A stretch of 63,068 nt of DNA, filler included, from Choristocarpus tenellus KU-1152 (taxonomy: Eukaryota > Protista > Phaeophyceae): NCBI GenBank assembly GCA_964200185.2. It is 10 parts of 10 records of this genome, joined end to end, with 100 filler letters (N's around TTAATTAATTAA, not from the genome) between each part and the next. Parts side by side here need not be neighbours in the genome. Positions count along the whole stretch, not along the records: positions 53,122 to 59,592 come from CAXNAD020008068.1; positions 59,693 to 63,068 come from CAXNAD020020450.1; 8 more parts are not named here. One strand, given 5' to 3'. The notes under the pieces were generated by a model, which saw only the letters and a list, made by a program, of their open reading frames with translations, was not told where the DNA came from and made no database searches. This document shows, piece by piece, positions 55,030 to 63,068 of the stretch (positions are counted from its first letter, which is position 1; every line of letters starts with the position of its first letter). A program made the position numbers and the translations under genes.

Positions 55030-57470
55030 TAGGTTGCAAAGGCTGTACCTATATAGGAGAAGTCGATATAAGAGAAAACAGGATATAAGAGAGGGTAAAT
55101 TGCTTTGTCACAACTTTTCAGGCTATAAGAAAGGTTTCGGCATTTTCCTTCCATTCTCTTTCATATCAAGCAAAACTTGCGCTTTTTTTCATTACTTGAC
55201 CTAGGGGTTTCCCCAAAAGCCATGTCTAAAGTTAAACAAGATAGAACGAAGTTTGGCACAAAGCTGCTCGAGACCAGCAGTAAACAGCATAGCAGTATTT
55301 TGTCTCTCAGTACTGCAGAGTACAGTGTATCACGTCAAGTTCAGACGACTGGTCGAGACCAGCAGTACATAGCATGGCAGTCTTTTGTCTCTCAGTACTG
55401 CACAATACATTACATAAAGTATATCACATCAAGTTTAGACGACTGCATTGTGCAGATATAATGATGCCCTGTGTAGCGGGATCCAGCTGCAACATACAGG
55501 GTAATCTGGTCCACCACACTATACATGCCATAAGTGTCGCGTTTGTAGCGGCTATCTTCATGGCATTTGCGGCATCGTGGATCCTTTTTGGCGCCAGCGA
55601 AATGAAACACATGTGCAAAACTTGTGTGTCAGCCCCACCAAGCACAAGGCTTCGCGTCCTCCAGCCAGTGACAACAAGGTGTTGAAGCGCCACGATAGGA
55701 AGAAAGTTCAACATCCTCCTTGTCCCCGTCCAAGCGGGGCTGTACTCAAAGTTTGGCAAAACTACTTGTACCTCGATCAAGTTTACCTCCAGCACTGACA
55801 ACTCTGTTGAGAACACCGATCAGCTGATGCACATCATGTAGCACTTGAGTGTCGGCACGAGGAGCGACCATGTTGATAAGAATCTCCCCAATGCTCTTGA
55901 TGCTGTACACCTCAAACCCGTCGGAAAACCGTCTCAGGCTTCCATCGACACAGCGAGAGCGAGGATCGGTGTGGATGACAACGATGAAGTAGTCAATGCG
56001 ATCCTAGAGCACACGAAAGACCAGCTGCTCGAGGAATCCTTGTACCAGTCAGACAATGAAAGATCGAGTGACAAGGATGACGATGGGATTATGGGAGGGG
56101 TCAGCGTATCGGGGGCCGTGAGGAAAGGAGCAGCCTCTTAAGTGTTCTCGATTCCTCCACTGCCGTGCTCTCAAGTATCTGATGAGTTTGTAAGCTTAGA
56201 AACAACCGCCGAGGGGTACACATGAAAGATGTTTCGTACTATCTCTGGAAAGCAAAGCTGCCTTGACTCAGTGCAATCGGGGCGAGGGTAATCAGACAAG
56301 CGGACATCCGCGATTTTTTTTGGCAGTCCCAATTTTTTCCTTAGTGAATAAGATGTTTTACTTGGTGGGTGCGATGGGGGGTGCATGGTGGCGCAGTTGT
56401 ATTTGATCTACAGTGGCATTTTGGTACTGTACAGTATAATATCCCTAAGAGTGTAACAGAGTAGGTAGGGCATCGATTGGCTTTGAATGTTGATTTCATT
56501 TGAACTGCGAGTCATCTGTCAATCCAACGGCTTGCAGATGACCCAAAGTATCTGGGGGGGGGAGAGGGTCTACACCAGGGCGTCTATTTCGGCCAAAATC
56601 AGGAAAAGTGCATTTACATTATCCATCCGACGTATGCAACCAAACCACCCCAAAATCGCGACATGAAAAATTGACCCCAAACGGACAGCCGCCACCCCCC
56701 CCCCCAGATAATTTGAGCCAGATGCTTTTCTTGGGAAGGTGTGCTATACACATGAGTGAATGCATGATAATGAGTGTAATTTACCAAACTTTCAGTACTG
56801 TATACATGTAACACTGGTATAATGTGTAGGGGTGGTGTAGATCAGGTGCTTGCTGCATCACCACAGCTTAATCGAAATGGGCTCACTGCGGGCAATTTTC
56901 AATACATATCTACATGTAACTACTCTTCAAGCTACATGGGAAGCATGTCGAATAACCTAGTGTTATCCTTACGTTATCTGTGCTGATCCAAGTAAACAAC
57001 ATAACTTATATATACGTTGATCTTTAGTTTAGTACAATACAAGGTAGTAACGTACACAGCGGTACGTTGTGGTGGGCCAATGGGACATTACAAGTGGTAA
57101 AGTGCGACAATAGCATTAATATAGTTATATTGGACACCAAGTGGACAATACCCTGCGGACAATTAATAATTCAGTGTGTGCTTTACCATGTAATTCAACT
57201 GCTAGCTTCCGGCGACGAGCCTTACTTGCGCCAAGCTTCTTAACAAAGCACATACAGCAGGGGCATCGCTCTGTCGTCGTTCGGGTACAAGTATTAAAGT
57301 GCCTACGAGCACTGTTGGTCGATACAACATAGGTTTCTCTTATCACGATCCCTCCGTTTAATAAGCGAAAAGATCTCTTATATAAAATAAGAGAGGATGG
57401 GGATATAAGAGTGTTTTTTTCGCTTGTCCCTACCCTCTCTTATATAGGTACAGATCTTTACAACAATTGT
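55030..57470 (+). mobile_element. Decayed pogo/Tigger-like (Tc1/mariner) DNA transposon
   Basis: Inverted ends with a perfect core CTGTACCTATATA (55043-55055 / 57441-57453) and repeated TATAAGAG subterminal motifs. Internal fragments PPST..VLQPV, LKRHDRKK and LPNALDAVHL resemble the pogo DDD C-terminal region. Confidence 0.55.
56540..56719 (+). mobile_element. MITE family B, complete 180-bp copy, TSD AGAT
   Basis: gacccaaagtatct(g)n ... (c)nagataatttgagcc, flanked by agat on both sides. Confidence 0.95.
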
Positions 57471-57745
57471 AGTACTTTAGTTAGTACTATACACTAACAT
57501 TACTAACAATTATACATATTGAAATACTTCGAAATAGTTGTGAGATTGTTCAGGGTTAAGGAAGTTCAGGATTGTACTTGGATCAGTCTTCTAGGCTGTG
57601 TATCAAGTACTGCTAGTATGCACTACTACTGTTTGTTGTCTTGTTGAAGGTTTGAACACCTACAACACTCCCCATAAACTTTCGCTCACAACTGCATATA
57701 GGAGACATCCTGTCAAAGTTCTCTCCTGTATTGGTTGATCCTTAG

Positions 57746-59469
57746 GTAACTACATCAACGAACAATTGGTCTTCAAGTGTTATGCAGGTACGCCTTGCCT
57801 AGTGTTCACTCTTTGGGAAAGTTGTTTGTTGACAGAGGACGATGGATGAGCTCACATTTTCGATAATGCATTGCTTCCTCGAAGGAACCCAGCTCGCCAA
57901 CACCAGTGTCTCTAGTGGACGTCATGGATGAGCAGCTCGCTGACAAGTTGCACAAGCAGGAACTTTCATCATCTGGTTACCAGACTGAAGGAGTTACCAG
58001 TCCAGTCCAGATTCAGGTGGCACCTTGGTTCCCTACCCAGCAGGTGAAACCTTACCCTAGCTTACTCTCGCCTGCAAAGTGCGTCGTGGATCCACATTTG
58101 CAATCAAAATAGTCCATGTTCACGTTATGGAGTGATCAGAGACTATCAAAACGCCACTTGTGACGACTGGCCACTTACTTGGTATGTGCGCTCGTAGGGT
58201 GTCTGGGCAGGCGAGGGCACGAACGCAGCGGACAAACTCAAGGCGTCCCTTGCAGTGCCTGGTGAAATTGGAAACAAGAATGGAAGTGAGATCGAGACTG
58301 GGAGAGTAGGTATTAATAGTCGTCCCTGTTCTGACGTTGGAGGTGGAAACGTTACTCTCGTTCCGCACGCTCCTGTGAGCGCGTCAGCACTTTCCTCGAT
58401 GGTAGCCATGGGAATAGAAAAAAAACGGGCAATAAAGGCCCTGAATCAGTATGGAGGTTTTGACGTTGCAAGGGCGGTGGAGTGGTGCTTTTCCCATCCT
58501 GATGATGCTGCATCGACTATGGAGGATGTGGAGGCAGGACAAAACGACGGAGATGATGTCCAGCAGGTATGTGCTTCGTTTGTGATATGCAATTAAAGGG
58601 ACGACTCTCTGAGCTCTATTTTCATCAGGCACTTATTTCTTGAGTAGGGCTGGTCTGGAGTACTTGCTCATCCCTCGTGAGAATGCATACAGATAATATA
58701 CTAGTGCGTTATGTGATTCCAGAAGGATGCCTGGCACAGTGAAGTAGAAAACATGGTGTTCTTATCTTTGTAGGAATTATGGTACAATCACATGGCCTGA
58801 GAATGAAGGGGGTTTCCCATTCTTAGGAATGTTACCAAACTGCAGTGGTAGACTCTCTGTCAATTCCTGCGCTTCATACCAGGTATGGGTGTACGCTGCG
58901 ATCCTCCAGCTCACACAACAAGACCGACGCGAAGAACATTCGCAATATTTCTGCTTTCAATTGCCCAACTCAAAATCAAAAGATAACAAGCCAATGTTTG
59001 GTGCAGAGGATTCTGCTAAGGCTTTGAACCTCCAGAAAAAATATGCCCAGGTGTCAGACAATGTTCAACAGTGGTCTTACTCCCCAACCCCCCTCCCTCC
59101 AATGCTGTTTCCTGGCTAAACATCTATCTAACTCTGGCTCATATGTGGGGTTATTCAATATCTTGCAATGCACTACTTGCCATGATCTTCCTGCGGTTGT
59201 CCTCACTGCAACTGTGGGTGGAATATTGTTCGCCGTTGCTTCTACTCCTTGGATTGATTCTTCTCACGGTGATGGAATTTTCCTCTGGCATTGGAATATT
59301 CTTACGGATGGTCTTGATGGACGCACATTGGCACAATGATAAGAAAAATTCTGTTGAGGACGGGGACCTGGCATTGGCTATGTCTCTGGAGCAGGAAGAG
59401 GTAAAGGGATTGGAAGCCAGGACGCGCAGAGTTGCAGAGGCAGGCAGGGCTACCGCTTCTGGATCCAAG
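57746..59469 (+). CDS. RIOK3: RIOK3/SudD-like protein N-terminal exons with a UBA domain (about 57746-57787, 57885-58016, 58198-58566, ~59000-59050, 59344-59469); kinase domain not in the contig
   Basis: SLVDVMDEQLADKL, DLALAMSLEQEE and GSK(V) resemble the RIOK3 N-terminal SLADVMSEQLA, DLMLAQMLQ and DSKV. LSSMVAMGIEKKRAIKAL..YGGFDVARAVEWCFSHPDD is a clear UBA domain. Confidence 0.6.
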
Positions 59470-59692
59470 GTGCAGACAGCTTTTGCATGATACAGTGTAG
59501 ATAATTTACAAACTTGCAACGATGATTGCATGGGACGGGCGACTCCCCTACGTAACTGTAGGCCGTGGATGCAGGCAGGATGGGTTGGGGGGNNNNNNNN
59601 NNNNNNNNNNNNNNNNNNNNNNNNNNNNNNNNNNNNTTAATTAATTAANNNNNNNNNNNNNNNNNNNNNNNNNNNNNNNNNNNNNNNNNNNN

Positions 59693-59764
59693 ACTTTTCC
59701 TGATTTTGGTCCAAATGGACACCCTGGTGTAGACCTCTCCCCCCCCTCTCAGATACTTTGGATC
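59693..59764 (-). mobile_element. MITE family B partial copy
   Basis: acttttcctgattttggtccaaatggacaccctggtgtagac...agatactttggatc. Confidence 0.9.
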
Positions 59765-60106
59765 ATAATTCACCTCTAGTGTTTAGGGTTGAAGACTTAC
59801 CTTGGCCTGAACTTGACACCAGAGTCCAGTCTACATCCTCCTCATAGTACCCCTTCAAAATACATTGGTTTAAGCCCTCCACAAATAACAACCTCGAATC
59901 CTCACCGTGTACGTAAAGCTTTTGTACATAATAATAAGATATATAGGCCACTTCTAGAAATACAACCCGCACTTCAATCGTGGGTAGTGGCACCATAATG
60001 AGTACTGGGCGCTGACCAGTGACTACATGGCACCTCCAAACACCTCATCACTCCTGAGTGATTCTGATTTCTGACGAGAAGTTGATAAAAAAATCGGCGA
60101 AAAGAT

Positions 60107-60350
60107 TTGCTGCCAACACCTCCGATTTCAACCGGAAGAAATTTACAGTTTAATCTCAAAATCTTGTGGTGTGGGTGTAATTTCTCATACTGATACTGAT
60201 TGGGGACTGTTCCGCCAACGATAGTAGTGGACCTTCAAGCTGGTGATGATTTATTGCCAACACCTCCAACTTCAACCAGCAGAAATTTCCAGTTTCATCT
60301 CAAAATATTGTGGTGTGGGTGTAATTTCTCATACTGATACTGGTTGGGGC
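60107..60350. repeat. Diverged direct repeat of about 95 bp, period 144 bp
   Basis: tgccaacacctcc...tgtggtgtgggtgtaatttctcatactgatactg at 60111 and 60255. Confidence 0.9.
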
Positions 60351-61093
60351 CAAGTCAGTGATATACAAGAAATATCTGGTCTTATTTGGGTCAACGGTCA
60401 GTCTGTCAAAATGGTTTTATTTAAAACATTGGACTACTGTAGTCCAACAATTCCAGGTGAAACAACTATTCAGGAGATGTGATTTGTGTTTATGGTGCGT
60501 GGCAGGGTTCTGGCCTGTGATTCCTTACAAATCCCTAAGCTTGAAGTTGGTATAATATTTGACGTCTCTAAATGTTCAGCTGCTGGCGTCAGCTTAATAC
60601 TCAGGGGTCCTTTTCGGAAGTCCTGATAGACTTCTCATTTCTCTAGGTCGCACAAGGAGACTAGGGGAATATCATACTTGTTTATCAGGCACAGCGGGAG
60701 TAGACAAAAAAAATGACATGGTTTGGTTCCTCGACTCAAGGGTAATCTCAAGTTATCGACGCTCCAAGCAAGGAGTCCCGAGGTGGGAAAAAAATAAAAG
60801 CAAGTTATTGAGAGGGCCGGCCTCAGAGGCATCTGTAGACGTGAGGACACTGCAAGAGAAGAAGGGGGGGGGCAAGTAAAGATCAGGCAGAAGGATTATG
60901 AGGTGGGACTCATGGCGGAAGATGACAACAATAAGAACATTAAAGCTAATGAATCTGAGCCTGTTATTTATTAATGGATATCAAAAGACAACCCAGTGAA
61001 ACTCCGAATATTGCTAAGAATGTTCTGCACTCCCAACCAAAACGACCTATGAGTCCTGTGTATATCAATATTCCAGTGATATAGGTTTCACAT

Positions 61094-61352
61094 GAGTCAA
61101 AGTATCTTAGAGGGTAGGGCCGCGTCCATTTGGGGACCAAAATCCAATGTTGCGATTTGGAGGCAATTTTGTCTATCGTGTTTGTTAGGAAGTGTCAATA
61201 TCCTTGTTCCGGACAAACCTTTTCAAAAAATGAGCATTTTACCTACTCCGAAACAATTTGGAGTAGGAAAATGTCATTAAAAAAAACATGGGAAGACAAG
61301 CACCAAATGGATAAACCGGGTAAAACGTGTACCCTTTAAGATACTTTCACTC
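61094..61352 (+). mobile_element. MITE family A, TSD CAT
   Basis: gagtcaaagtatcttagagggta...taccctttaagatactttcactc, flanked by cat on both sides. Confidence 0.95.
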
Positions 61353-63030
61353 CATCATGAACATGTAAAACAATCATGTAAATAGGAAAAAATATATAAA
61401 CAGAAATGCTCCCCTTACTCTGATAATTGTAAAAAAATCTTGATTATGATTTCTCTCCATAACACTCTAAAACACCATAATTTTAGTCAGTGTGACAGAA
61501 TCACATTCGCTAATAATAATCTCATCAAAGCTTATTTAGAGGCATTATTTGCAGTTATCGGCGTAGTGTGTACACTCGCTAAAATACAAGTTGCCCAAGT
61601 AGTGGAGGGATGAGGTCGTAGTGTAGAGATAGGTGCCAACACATCCTAGCATGTGCTTGTTACGTATTGGTGTGGATGGTATCAAATATGTTTTGGAAGG
61701 CTTCATCGTTTTGGCCTGTGCTAGATTCGTGCTTGGCGGATTGCATTGTGCTTGACGGATTTCTGGCTTTGAAATATCCAGCAGGGCATACTCTTGAAGA
61801 GGAACTCGATGGTGATCACAACCCACTCTGATTTTTCCTGTGGGAGGATATATCCTTTTAGCAAGTGTACCCATCATCATTGTTCTGGATTGTGTGAAAT
61901 GCGCGTCAGAGTTCTTACAGAATTCCTCGAGGCTGTTCGGAATGGGAAAGGAAGCCAATACCCTGGGATAGTGCCATGTATATCCATCCTATATCTCCCC
62001 CTTTTTTTAGGTTATCCACGAGTTTCGGGTTTCCCTTCGTCTTGGTCTTCAACGCAGCAAGCTCAAAGGGGGACGAACACACATGAAAATTCCAAGGAAT
62101 TTCAAGACTTGTTTTTACACTTTGGATTTTTTTGGTGTGGAGTATACATATGACCACCTTCTACGTAACAAAATGAAGCTGCCCTCAAATGCCGTCAAAG
62201 ACTCGGAATTTTGGAAAGGAGCAATGGGGACCATTCTTGTTTCGAGGAACTTGTAGTAGTGAGTGGTGGAAGTATTCCACAGTACAATAGTACAATCAGT
62301 AGTAGATTTTGTAATGGAGTATACATTACGGCTACTAACAGATGGAGCACTGCGACTAACAGTTTGAGTGCTCAAGCAGCACCGGGAAGAAAGTCACAGG
62401 GAAGGGATGTGTGTGGTTTTTGTCTGGGAAAAAGAACGAGAAGCCCCATCATCTAGGAGCCACAGAACTAGCACTACGAAGAACAACATAACCGGGGTGG
62501 GCTTTGTTAGTGGGGTCTGTGCCCACCTATGCAAATATTGATGGTCGACCTCAATATTGATGGTCGACCTCAATTTATGTATGTGAGTTGTGGGTTATGC
62601 TAGCAACTTTTAACTTCAAAGCGAAAACACGGTATTGATAAGCACTAGTGGAGGCATCACTGGCCAGGCAGGGACCTGCCAGACAGCATAAAAACAAGTC
62701 ACGTACTGGGCAAGCATACACTCAGAATCTAACTAGATATTGTTGGACTACAGGCAGAGGGAAAGGGAGAGGGCCCGAGTGTCTGACAATAGGTGTACAA
62801 ATATTCGCCACGTTTGATCTAGCTATATCTACTAGTATCTTAGTATGGGATGAAGGGTGGTGTAGGTATTTTTTCGCATTTTCTTTTCACACTATTATAG
62901 AGACATCTCAATAAGGTCGACCTGACTGGCTGGGTAGTTGGCAGGCTGACATCGCTTTGGTATCCTAAGTGACACAATGGTGAACTGCATGATATATTCA
63001 CTTTTTCATTATTATAACCAAGCATGATTT

Positions 63031-63068
63031 GACCCAAAGTATCTGGGAGGGGGGGGGGGTGGAGACCA
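63031..63068 (+). mobile_element. MITE family B left end at the window end
   Basis: gacccaaagtatctgggaggggg. Confidence 0.85.

Overview
Eukaryotic nuclear DNA, most likely from a stramenopile and probably a brown alga (inferred from short exons with long introns, the TE spectrum and scattered TTAGGG motifs). The window is not one locus: it is 10 short contigs joined by nine artificial 100-bp spacers (N44-TTAATTAATTAA-N44). Host genes are intron-rich and mostly partial: a Patched/NPC1-like membrane protein, a classical Old Yellow Enzyme, a PAH-domain protein, NPL4, and a RIOK3-like N-terminus carrying a UBA domain. The rest is mobile DNA: a degenerate Ty3/Gypsy pol, RTE and CRE-like LINE fragments, probable DIRS-like remnants and a decayed pogo-like DNA transposon. 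The most striking feature is a set of related non-autonomous MITE families with about 20 copies or ends. They share a G-N4-AAAGTATCT terminus and a GTCCATTTGG subterminal motif, and they make target-site duplications of mixed length (3 or 4 bp). A second candidate is a decayed intronless island at about 7.0-12.9 kb with diverged paralogous ORF units, a CCA-ended tRNA-Val-like sequence and an ORF with an in-frame 108-codon duplication. All family assignments come from recalled motifs, not database searches.
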